Assembly: GCA_031763465.1 (NCBI GenBank)
Contig: JARFOE010000046.1
Location: 5,694,846-5,728,267, forward strand
Reading direction: 5' to 3'
Source: Squatina squatina
Lineage: Eukaryota
Length of the DNA stretch: 33,422 nucleotides
The notes beneath the pieces are model-generated. The model was not told the DNA's origin. It saw nothing but the letters and a program-made list of their open reading frames with translations, and searched no databases. This document shows, piece after piece, positions 22,505 through 33,422 of this stretch. The translations under genes and the position numbers were made by a program. Numbering within the stretch: the first letter of the stretch is position 1; each line of letters starts with the position of its first letter.

Positions 22505-25401
22505 NNNNNNNNNNNNNNNNNNNNNNNNNNNNNNNNNNNNNNNNNNNNNNNNNNNNNNNNNNNNNNNNNNNNNNNNNNNNNNNNNNNNNNNNNNNNNNNN
22601 NNNNTACACCACCACTTGAAGGGCAAGTGCAGTTGAACAACACTTTAGGTTGAAAGTATTTGCTGCTGAAAACTGGTGCATTTAAAGTCATTGCTGCAAG
22701 TTTTCTAAAAATTATTGCCTCTTAGCCCATCTGCATTTTTGTCCATTGACACTCTTTAATCACTGTGTGGTATGAGCGGGAATACCTAAAAGATGACTAC
22801 AGCATAAAATTTAATATGTTATGATAAATGTTGACTTTAATTTTAGTGAAAAATGTTACATCAAAATTTAACACTATAATAACAAATACCTAACTCAGTA
22901 TGTAGTGGAAAATTACTGTCTTCAGATTTCCAAATCAGCGCAATAAATTTTCTGCTTTCCATCCTGTGGCATCTGCCATGTCCATCCTCGTGAAATAATA
23001 AAGATGGCATTAGAAATCATTTAAAGAACCACCGTCTTCATAAGAAAACAGTTTAGAAAAAAACTCTTTCATTTGATTTCAAACACACAATAAAATATCA
23101 TGAATTAAACTAGGAAATATGTTTCAAAGCATGACTTTTAACACATTTTCTTCTCTGTATTGCCAAAAACAATATTAACACTGAACAGCACCATCATTAT
23201 GAAAAACTATTTTTTTCCCTGTTTGGTAAGGGAGAAAAGCTTGAAGAACAATGCATCACTCTCATGCACTAAAGTGTATCGTAGAATCACAGAATCATAG
23301 AATCCTTGCTGTAACCATGTTGAGGCACAAATGTGTCCTATGACATTTAATCGAAATAATGGTGTGGAGCCTGCCTTCAAGCATCTGGGCAAATGGAACA
23401 TGAAAGCTCATTGACAATGTAAAAATCTTCCTGTGGTCACCCACTAAACATGCCACAAAAAGCTAGGCCTTGTGCATTCAGGTGTAAGTGAATTTTTAAC
23501 GGCACAATAAATCTTGATAACTGCCAANNNNNNNNNNNNNNNNNNNNNNNNNNNNNNNNNNNNNNNNNNNNNNNNNNNNNNNNNNNNNNNNNNNNNNNNN
23601 NNNNNNNNNNNNNNNNNNNNNNNNNNNATACTGCCACCAAGCCATGGCCACAGCAGAGATTATTTATCATCAACAAATTCAGCAATAGACAGAAAAGATA
23701 GTCAAAACATGGAGATTAGATAAGTCAGCTATTAGACATAATGTTAATGTCAGTTAGAAAGCAGGGCAAAGAGTAGATGGAAGCAATGTAGAAACATGGT
23801 GAGTTTGAATATTATTTGACAACCTTGTATTGCAGTACAATCTCCAAAATTAGTTTTACAATGTAATATTTGAGAAGATGAACATATGGACGTGCCTTTC
23901 CCATTACAAGACAGTACCAATACTATGGACTAGATCCTCTGAATGAACCACAACGTAGTGCTGGGCAACAGATGTTGCTTTGTAAGTCTTTCTTCCTGGA
24001 ATCATTTATTGGGATAGGACAAAAGGAAATGGGGCTTTGCAAAAGTTTACATTTAGCATCAGTAAGACTGGAACTACTGGATAGAACTATATAGGTACAA
24101 GAGAGACTTTCCCTTTATTATCAGTCAGCAGTCTAAAACTCTGAGAAGATTTTCTCTGATCCCGTAAACTTTTAAGAGTTCAAATTCTCTGGTTGATAAA
24201 TGCTTTCCAGCTGATCTGGGCAATGATATTTTAACAATGCTCGCAGAGGCAAAAAGGCCATTCCAAAGCCAGAATGCAAGTATTTGTGTTTACAGTAAGC
24301 TTAATACAAAGAGAGGAAATTCTGTAGGAAAATAAACATGTAGTTAATGATGTTGTCTACAGTTGTTATTTTCAGAATAGAATAAAGCAAACAGTATTTA
24401 GTTTAAACCCAGCATGGTNNNNNNNNNNNNNNNNNNNNNNNNNNNNNNNNNNNNNNNNNNNNNNNNNNNNNNNNNNNNNNNNNNNNNNNNNNNNNNNNNN
24501 NNNNNNNNNNNNNNNNNNAATCAGCTTGGAGTTGTACCTGTGCCATTTCAAAATTGGTTCAAGAAGCTGGAATCAGTCAAGAGTTCCCAAGGAGCTTAGC
24601 AAGAGCACTCAAGACCATACATGTTGTGCTGGTACATTATGTATCAGCATGACTACTGAGGAAATGTGACCTCACACAGTAAATATGTTTGGAATGCTGA
24701 CTCCCAGTGCCTCCAGTTTTTCTCGTGTAACAGCAACATACCCAAAGTCTTTAGGTCACTGTTTTTGTTATCCCTAGACACCCAAATATTTTTTCATTAA
24801 AATCAACCAATGCGTGCGCTTGCACGTTCTACATTCCTAAAATGATTATACATCGAATTACGGAACCTGTTCGAGACATAAATGTTTATACCATGACTAA
24901 CCCTGAAACATTTGGGTGCCAAATTTAACATTTCAAATGCAGTTAAATCCTCATGCAATCTTAAAATAAGTAAATTCCTTTTCTCGTACACGGTATCAAA
25001 TCTATTGTGACTTCCTAATTTTGGGCTCAATTCTATATGGATTAAATTGCTTATTTTTGCAGTGATCCATTATAGTATTGTTCATTTTATAATTACTATT
25101 TACAGATTTTGAATTGCAGAAAATCACCAGTGAAAAATTATTATAATGAAAAGATTAATTGACAGTGCTAAACTGGAAGAGGTGCTTACATACACACAAA
25201 ATTCACAGAATTTATGTTTAATAAATTTCCTTTATTAACTGAGAAGCTACATTTAAAAAAAACTCTTTTTTCTAAAGCATAGGGATTGGCTGGAACTAGG
25301 TGCCGATGAGATGTACAACTTTATTATCTGGTAGCTATGAAGGTCCTATGTGAAATGACATTGGTCCGTTTCAAACCAGTTTATACTGTGTTCCTATATT
25401 A

Positions 25402-25474
25402 CAAACAAAAATTGCTGGAAAAACTCAGCAGGTCAGGCAGCATCTGTGGAGAGAAAAACAGAGTCAACGTTTCG
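25402..25474. repeat. Elasmobranch-type interspersed repeat end (possibly Penelope-derived)
   Basis: AAAAATTGCTGGAAAAACTCAGCAGGTCAGGCAGCATCTGTGGAGAGAAAAACAGAGTCAACGTTTCG; degenerate relatives at about 3465-3510, 3645-3705 and 6035-6072. Family assignment from recall. Confidence 0.55.
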
Positions 25475-25805
25475 NNNNNNNNNNNNNNNNNNNNNNNNNN
25501 NNNNNNNNNNNNNNNNNNNNNNNNNNNNNNNNNNNNNNNNNNNNNNNNNNNNNNNNNNNNNNNNNNNNNNNNNNGTGCGGATGTTATCTTTTTTCATTCA
25601 AAAATATTCACAATTTAGATATTCAAACCTTGTATCCAACAAATTGCACTTCATAATGTCCACAGAATGAAACAGAATTGCCAAAGGTCTAACTGTAACT
25701 TTGAATGGCTTTGGCTGGTATTCTGGCATAAATAAAAATTATCTGAATTTATTTAAAGCCAGTTATTGGCAAACTAGACTGGCTCAGTAATTGCATACAT
25801 TACTG

Positions 25806-25913
25806 CTAGTGAATTTTGCCCAGCTGAATCTTCTTCCAGGCTTCAGATGCTGTAAAAATGCAAGAGTCTATGATCCCAGCAACTGTAAATGTTCCTCCAA
25901 TGATTGCGCAGAT
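25806..25913 (-). CDS. ERGIC1: ER-Golgi intermediate compartment protein 1, last coding exon
   Basis: ICAIIGGTFTVAGIIDSCIFTASEAWKKIQLGKIH-stop after a CAG acceptor. Confidence 0.93.
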   Translation of the reverse strand: MCAIIGGTFTVAGIIDSCIFTASEAWKKIQLGKIH

Positions 25914-26882
25914 CTGGGGGTTAAAAATTATACAATGAATCAAATTATGCAATTCACAATTTCTATGCACGACTTTTGCACAAGTGATAATTTTTTTATT
26001 TGGAAAAAATATCACCTGAAGCATTTATTCCAAATCAAGACTTGCTGAATAATATTGCCTTCCCCTATCAAAACTAATTTTCTAAGATGAAATGAATTTG
26101 CGTATGTTTTTACAAAAGCATTCATATATCCCAATTCAAAACTGTCACATGCATTAATTTGAACAAATCAGATAAAAATCTTATTGCCAGGTATAAATCT
26201 TGATACTTAGCATAGGATAATAAATCTGGGTTTCGCCCGTTCCTTTCAAAAAATTAAAATGTGCAAGTATTGTACATAAATGTTTTTGGAACAGATTTCA
26301 GGTGAGCCCAGACATTCCCTAGGGTTCAGCATCATCAGTCTCTTCTGTAATCCAATCCCACATCCGATGTGATCAAGGATTACTGCCCAATATCTTGTCC
26401 GACAATAGCATGACTTAGGGACTCAAAAATGAAACCCCCTTTATGACTATAATCATCAGACGTGCTACTGTGCTCATTTCACCTATCTTCTAAAAGGTAG
26501 ACTGATAAAACACTTCAGCGGGACAAAGCCAATTATGAGCAGAGGCTGACTTATTTTGCAAAGAATACATGAGACAAGAGACAAAGTTTACAGTGAATTC
26601 TAACCGATGTCATAACATTCTTTCTAACACAGAAATTTTTTTAAATGCCACTGTCCCCGTTAATAGACTAAATACACTTCTGACCAGTAATTTTTCTGAA
26701 ACTGGTACACAGTAAGCTTAAGGAGAGAATCTTCACTTCACCTGCCTGACTTCCTTACCAGATCCAATCAGTGACTCTGCANNNNNNNNNNNNNNNNNNN
26801 NNNNNNNNNNNNNNNNNNNNNNNNNNNNNNNNNNNNNNNNNNNNNNNNNNNNNNNNNNNNNNNNNNNNNNNNNNNNNNNNNT

Positions 26883-27590
26883 ATGCTCAAGACTGTGTCC
26901 TTTGGACTTGAGGGAACGAAGATGGGTGCCATACCAATAGAAATGACCAGGATGGAGGAGAGTAAAGGTTTCTTCATGGGACAAGGCAAACAAAGGTGGA
27001 GATGAAGGAGTGGTTGAGCAAATCGACAGCAGAAGTATCATGGTGAATGAAAAGGTAAAGACCAGGCAGTTGGGAGTTTGAATGTGCAGTTGTAAATAAC
27101 TTGGGGGAAGTCTTTTTTTCCCCAGGGACAGAGGCAGACAAAGTGGGGTTGGAAGAGTGTAGGGTGATGAGAGTGATGATGGATACAAGGAAGTGGTTTG
27201 AGATGGTCCCATCAGTGATCGAGACAATGGGAGTAGAGAGGTCGCGAGAGTTGGCATGGCTGAGGGGGTGACCGTGAATACGAGTGAGTTTATATGGAGG
27301 GAAAGGTGTAGGAAGGGCAGTGAATTCAGAGAAGAATGAGCAAGGAGAGCAGAGATGGTGATTGATGAGGAATCGTCTACTACAGATGCTGAGGAAGGAA
27401 AGAAGGGAGGATATCACAGGCAGAAAGTCAGGGTGGAGCTTTGGGAGTTGCAGGTTGAGGAAGGCAAGGCAGGAGGGAGGTTAGACAACGAGGACCTTAA
27501 AGTTGTGCTGAGATGGGTGAAACAAGTTGAGGCATTAAAAGGAGAATAGGGAGAAATCAAGATGTGATTTGATGATAAGGGCGGCATCAC
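26883..27590 (-). mobile_element. Degenerate L2/CR1-group LINE ORF2, endonuclease region
   Basis: Frameshifted remnants such as ISSLLSFLSIC..FLINHHL and TRIHGHPLSHANSRDLSTPIVSITDGTISNHFLVS resemble the APE motifs PTH..GH.LD and SDH. Confidence 0.65.
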
Positions 27591-28642
27591 CACTGCGCCA
27601 GTTTGGGTGGGTGGTGGAAAGTATAGCTAGTAAAGGAGGCCGTTAGATCATGCCTACCTGCACTTAATAAACGTAAATTTTGTACTCATCAGATTGAGGA
27701 TTGTTGACGCTAGGGAACGGAGCACATTGTATTTTAGAAACCCGCATCAGCATTAAACACTGCAAGGTCAGCTACAGCTTAGTTAGATGTGAAGTAAGGC
27801 TTTCCCTACTCAATCTCAACCTAACCACTGCAGGGCACTTCCTAGCATACTTGTCTGACGTGCCTTAATTTCCCATATCAGCCATCCTGTGGTCTCTGAG
27901 TCAATTTACTGCTAAACTAGGGGACAACCCTATGTTATGGGCCCATGTCCAATAGCAACTGGATTGTCCAAACTTATTTCATATAGAACCCTTTTACCCA
28001 ACAGATAAATACTTCTCTTCCATCATCCTAAACTGGTTTTAAACCCAAAACGCAGGGGTGAAGGATTAATGTGGAACCCACTGCAGAAAGACTTTACAAG
28101 GAAGACATTCATTTTATTAAGTTCTCTTGAGCGAGCCTGATACTATTATCCCCAGTTCACTATATTCAATGAAAAATCTCAAAAATCGGGGTGGTTTTGT
28201 ATACACAGATCACCAATGCAGCATATTTTCTTTTTTAAGGGAATCTCTACAGCAATCCATCGCTTGGCAGGAGGAGAATCCACATCACAACCTTTGAGTC
28301 ATGGGAAATCCCCATCTTAAAGTCCCTAAATGCTGCACTGGAAAACCACAAGGCAATTAATAACTAACCCACAGAATAAACATCAGTACACTGATAACTT
28401 TGAAAAATTATTTCACATATATGGTTCATTAAGTGAAAAGTGCAATTAATTTGATTTTCACAATCGAGAAAGATCTACACAAAGGTCACTGGAAAAACAA
28501 AAACACACCGTCGGAATATTGGATTTTAAATCAGCTGCCTAATAATAGCTTACAGATACATACATAATATATATATATATAATCCATACTGTATAGCACA
28601 CAGGCTCTTAATGTAATGAATTTATATCAAGTGTTTACTCAC

Positions 28643-28765
28643 TGTTGTAATAAACCTGTATAATGGCTGTTGCCGTTCAACATATTTTACAGTGATTGGG
28701 CTGAGGTCATATCGGAACCAGATGGCAGGGATAATACGGCCTGTGTGGCTGTATGCCACATATTC
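28643..28765 (-). CDS. ERGIC1: ERGIC1 penultimate coding exon
   Basis: 123-bp exon EYVAYSHTGRIIPAIWFRYDLSPITVKYVERQQPLYRFITT; CAG acceptor, GTGAGT donor; joins 25806-25913 in phase 0. Confidence 0.94.
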
Positions 28766-29180
28766 CTGAAATATATAAAAGCTAAGCATTAACCAAATTT
28801 TGACAAAGGTTATTGAAATTTAGTTCAACAGTGCTTTCATGTTAAAGGTTCTTGCATTTATTTTAATCACTGATGTACAGAAGCGGCAAGGACCAACTTG
28901 CATTTATATAGCAGTAGATCACTTCTCAAAAGGCGCTTGGCATACAATAAATTACTTTGAATTTAAATTGACATTTTGGAAGCAAATGTAGCATCCATTT
29001 TCCACATAGTAGGACCCGATAAATATTAATGAGATGAATAGGAAAGGAATCTGGTTTTGCTGGTGTTGGTTGAGGGAGGAATGTTGGCAAGAGAATTGCC
29101 TGCCGCTCTTCAGATACTGCCATGCAACTTTTAATGTCAGCCTGAGCCTTTGAGACAGGAAGATAGGGCCTAAACTTAAT

Positions 29181-29716
29181 GGGCCTGAAATCGTGATCTC
29201 TCCAGGTGGGAACAATGTTCCCATGCACCCGGGGAGATCTCGCAAATGCCGGTTCTCAGGCTGTTCAGCATAAGCCCGCAGGACCGGCATTTGCAATCTG
29301 TCAAGATTCTGCTTGACTGCAAAACAGATTCCCACGCTGAGATTTGCGAGATTTTCTCAACACAAGCACTGGAAATCTGTTAACTTTTTTTTTTACACAT
29401 GGTAAAACCTAGCGTATCTGCTTTGTTTTACCAGCATAAGAGTTGTTAAAAAATTTTAAATCAAAAAATTTAATGGGACATTACTTTAAAACCATTCCCA
29501 GTAAGGTAANNNNNNNNNNNNNNNNNNNNNNNNNNNNNNNNNNNNNNNNNNNNNNNNNNNNNNNNNNNNNNNNNNNNNNNNNNNNNNNNNNNNNNNNNNN
29601 NNNNNNNNNCACACTCGCAAGCTCGCGTGGATCGAGGACTTTCAGGTAAGTCCGTAAATATATTTGCCATCGGAGGCCTCCGCACTCAGGAGGCGACCTA
29701 TCGCAAATTCAGGGCC
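29181..29716. mobile_element. PIF/Harbinger-type MITE spanning a gap
   Basis: Left end GGGCCTGAAATCGTGAT and right end ATCGCAAATTCAGGGCC form an imperfect TIR; AAT on both flanks (29178-29180, 29717-29719) fits a 3-bp target-site duplication. Confidence 0.7.
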
Positions 29717-29719
29717 AAT

Positions 29720-29772
29720 GTCCCATTCGAAGGATGGCACCTCTAATAATGCAGCGTTCCCTCAGTACTGAG
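29720..29772. mobile_element. Deu-SINE-like core fragment
   Basis: GAAGGATGGCACCTCTAATAATGCAGCGTTCCCTCAGTACTG resembles the Deu domain of AmnSINE1/SacSINE1-type elements (from recall). Confidence 0.5.
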
Positions 29773-30053
29773 TACTCGAGTTTAATCCTAGATGATTATC
29801 TGAAGTCCTGGAATGGACTGATTCAGGCACTGAGTAAATAAGTATCACTTTGTATTAAAAACAGACTGGTCAAGTGGAATCTGAATTTTAATGACAAAAG
29901 AAAGTAGAACATGGAGAATAGAACAATATACGGCGAGGTGATTTGTTTTGACTTCCCTCTTATTATGAGCAATATTTATTCTGCATCAATTTTAATTAAA
30001 GTTGTATGGGAGCACAATCCTGCATTCTTAAAGTCACATAATAAAAAACTTAC

Positions 30054-30154
30054 CTTTTGTGCTACTGTATACTGATAGGAAAAGCGTTGTTTTTCTTTTA
30101 AATCTTCATACACAGTGGGGACTATCTTCAGTACATAGTCATGTGATGCAAGAG
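30054..30154 (-). CDS. ERGIC1: ERGIC1 exon (third from last)
   Basis: 101-bp exon xLASHDYVLKIVPTVYEDLKEKQRFSYQYTVAQK; CAG acceptor, GTAAGT donor; joins 28643-28765 in phase 0. Confidence 0.92.
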
Positions 30155-30933
30155 CTGTGTGAGAACAAAGAGGGTCAAATAGTTACATTGCAAAATATAG
30201 TAAGGTCTTTTTCCAATTGGAATCCTAGTAGTATTATAATGTGTTATCTATAGGTAACTATTTTAACGTGTTACTCATGGTGCAAAACAATTATCAACAA
30301 TTATCACCTTAACCTCTATTTGATTCTTGACATGAATCAAATTGTGGCACTTACTTTAGGTTTTACAACTTTATGCTTTAAAAAGCTAATTAAGTGTTTT
30401 TAATTTTTTTTAATGCAATTGTTTGTCCAAAAGACAAGGAATAGCAACCTCCAAGCAAATTACCATCATTACCATGCTGAGAGCTCTAACAAAGACCTTA
30501 GCACTGTGGAAAAGATTATAAATAATATCGTCAAAGTGCATAGCTATAGGCACAGGTAGCAGTATATTTCCTTATTATACCTCCCTGCGGCTACCCTGCC
30601 CAAATAGTCATCAGCATTTCATGTAAGTGGTATGAGTGATTCACTGAAGTCACATTACGATTAGTGTAACCAAACAATGGAAGTTATCTTCCTTTTGTTT
30701 TCAAATAAAATGTTAGGAAGACTGAATCACCACTGATGCAGTTAGGACACAGTTCAACAACATGGTAATTTAGTGAAAATATAATTTTAAACATCAATAC
30801 CAGGTGGCAGAGCACTTACTATTCAACAGCAGTNNNNNNNNNNNNNNNNNNNNNNNNNNNNNNNNNNNNNNNNNNNNNNNNNNNNNNNNNNNNNNNNNNN
30901 NNNNNNNNNNNNNNNNNNNNNNNNNNNNNNNNN

Positions 30934-31525
30934 CAATTGGCTGTCATTGAACCTCTCTTGGGCTTTATTGGTGAGGTTTCTCATGAGTGTCATTAGCCAG
31001 GTTTGCAATGGATATCCCTTGTTCTCCAAGCAGCCACCACTTAAGTGTACTTGGCAGGTCCAAAGAGCTCAGGACTGTCGCAGGATGAAAACATCCTTGT
31101 TGCTCCAGGGAATCTGACGCACACCTGCAGAAATATAATCTTGTGGTTGCTCACCAGTGGCACATGATGCTGATGCTTTGACAGAATGGAATCGCTTTCG
31201 GTGGACTAATATTTCTGGCTGATCTGGCTGTGCGCAGATTTCCATGTGTGTGCAGTCGATGTCACTCTATACCTGTGGGAAGCCAGCCAGAGCCGCGAAC
31301 CCGAGCATCTGTTCATTCTGACTGGTGTTATCACAGGCGAAGTTCACACACCTCCCAGCCCTGACAAACAAGCCATCAGTCACCTGCCTTATGCATTAGT
31401 GCGTGACCAACTAGAATATCCTGGATATGTCTCCAGCAGAGTCCTGGAAGGATCTGGAGGCAAAGAAATTGAGGACGGTGCTGATTTTAACCGCGACAGG
31501 CAATGCATGCCTGCCAGCCACATTT
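30934..31525 (-). mobile_element. Degenerate PIF/Harbinger transposase (HARBI1-like, DDE_Tnp_4 family)
   Basis: Minus-strand remnants LPVAVKISTVLNFFASRSFQDSAGDIS..CIRQVTDGLF, IDCTHMEI (first catalytic Asp motif) and WLL.NKGYPLQTWLMTLMRN..QERFN, with stops and frameshifts. Confidence 0.85.
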
Positions 31526-33315
31526 AGTGAGTTTTCATCTTCTCAAACAGACTATATACCCTGCAACCTATTAACCAGGCAGTGGGAACCTTTACTATGG
31601 ATCTGAAATATCTACACAGATGGTTCCATTTCCGGTCCTATTTGACTAGACTGTTTGAAAGTGAACTATTAAATCAGATAACCTGATTTATGCAAACCCA
31701 CTGCCAGGTTAAATTGGTGCAGGGTATGGCTGGGATGTGCTACCTTCAGGAAGCTGAACAGCCCACACCAGGGAAAAACTGGTATTCTGTTTCTTCCTGC
31801 GAAAAAGCATCCCTGCTCTCGTCTCATGCTTCTTTTGCTGTCCCAGTCACACAGGAGTCTGTGGCTCATGCATGAATCTTTCATGCAGAAGGAGGGTACA
31901 TGCAGGTCATGGGGTCTTTGGAGTGGGGGAGGAGACAAAGAAAGAAAGGATTGAAAAAGAAAAAAAAGAGAGAAAAATAATCTGAGAATATTTATAGTAA
32001 TGGCTATATTCAATGAACAGAAAAAAGGTGAAGCCATCTGAAAGCATTTATAAATATAGACAGCCTTAATTAAATTTAGCCATTAGGAAAGGCAACATGG
32101 GAGCAAAGTATATTGTTTTTGTGTTCTAATTATACAACACAAATTACAGGCTGTGTTGTTAGACAATATATTTAAGAGTCACAAGACATACATCAAGGAA
32201 TCATGACACATTAGCTTGGCGCCATTCCAACTTGTAAAACTACTTGTGTACACAACTTTGTTCAATAAATTTGAAATACAAAAATTAAAAGTCAAGTACA
32301 TTTTTCTAAAACAAAAGGCTAACAAAGATTAAAATAGAAATATACATATTTAGATGCTCATTTAATCTTTGTGCTCGCATGTAAATTTTGCCTTCATATG
32401 AGATTTAAATATAATTTTTGTTAAACAAATTTTTTTTTTTTAAATATTAGTGCATTTCTAAAGTCTTTTTATAACTTTACCAAATCAGTCCCCTCCTAAT
32501 TCTTACCCAGTTGGCTTAAATGTTAATTACAATTGCAACTCTTCTCCTCCCCCAAAACATTTCCAATCAAGAATGCTGCTCCCCAATAGGGGTGCTACAA
32601 TCATTGTAAGGAACACTTTTTTTGTGAAGCTGGTGAGGTTTATAGAAAGCTTGCTCAAACCTAGTTTTAAAAATCAAGTTTGTTCTTGTTAAATGTTTCA
32701 GCTGTAAGTATTTTAAATAAAAATGACAACACATCTACAGTTTGAAACATTCCACATTCTGCTTTCACTGGTTTGTTAATGGCTTGATTTTATATTTGAT
32801 GGAATGAAAAACCTCCCAGTACCTGCAGAGTTTGCTTTGATATTCTCTGCCCCTTTGAGCAGTTGAACACCTTCAACACAAAACTAGGTCTCCTACAGAA
32901 ACAGCAAGTCCAGTTTTCAGACATACAAAAGTTGGCCAGGAGTAAATAATAGTTTGTTGGAATTTTTTCAATCTGATTTGCAGCCAAACTCCTCTTTGAA
33001 TGAATAACAGGAAAGCTACACTAATTATAGCAGCAAGGAACTTTAACTGAATTTTCTTCACGATTCACAAATGATGAAAGTTCAGCAAACTGCACAATAG
33101 ATGTTTCAAGTTTACTTATTAACTCAATCACAACCTGATTGTTTCCTTTAAATGTAATTTTCTTGCGGGGTGCTGACTGGGCTTAAATTCAGGGCTATTG
33201 GACTCAGGTGTGTCGCCAAAGGGGGTGAGACACTTTCAACTGGACTCAATTCACTGAACTAGTTGATGATCCTCAATTAGTTACCAGCTTACTACTGTTT
33301 TTGTTTCCTATGCAG

Positions 33316-33422
33316 TGTAAGCTAGCGAACAACAGATGGGAGCAGGAGCATACTGGGGGAGGAGAGACACCGATCGTCCCCTTGTCTGAAGTGGAGCAAG
33401 CGATTATTTGCATACTGGGAGC
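33316..33422 (+). mobile_element. Harbinger accessory Myb/SANT-like protein exon fragment
   Basis: After the acceptor TTTTTGTTTCCTATGCAG: CKLANNRWEQEHTGGGETPIVPLSEVEQAIICILG; the K..N.....TGGG...L...E motif is typical of NAIF1/MSANTD-like Harbinger ORF2; cut by the window end. Confidence 0.6.

Overview
Vertebrate genomic DNA, not a prokaryotic window. The repeat content (CR1, L2, RTE, Deu-SINE-like, Harbinger-type elements) suggests a shark or other elasmobranch; this is an inference. The window is a chain of short contigs joined by nineteen 100-N gaps and one 10-N gap, so order and distance across gaps are unreliable. Splice-bounded exons of four genes that are also linked on human 5q are present: PDE6A (minus, 8 exons), SLC26A2 (plus), HTR4 (plus, 2 exons) and ERGIC1 (minus, last 3 coding exons). 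Reading outside the ORF track shows 'foreign' exons inside ungapped contigs: a 76-bp KCNMA1/BK-channel-like exon about 630 bp upstream of a PDE6A exon, and two RAP1GAP-like exons in the same contig as a 5'-truncated, apparently decaying SLC26A2 exon. These are either real dispersed duplications or paralogues, or chimeric contigs; the sequence alone cannot decide. The rest is transposon debris (including a Harbinger transposase relic, a Myb/SANT-like exon and several TIR-bounded MITEs) and a 15-bp minisatellite. No rRNA, tRNA or CRISPR features were found. Gene calls and exon numbers rest on my recall of the human orthologues, not on a database search. I cannot support a claim of a new biological system beyond these anomalies.
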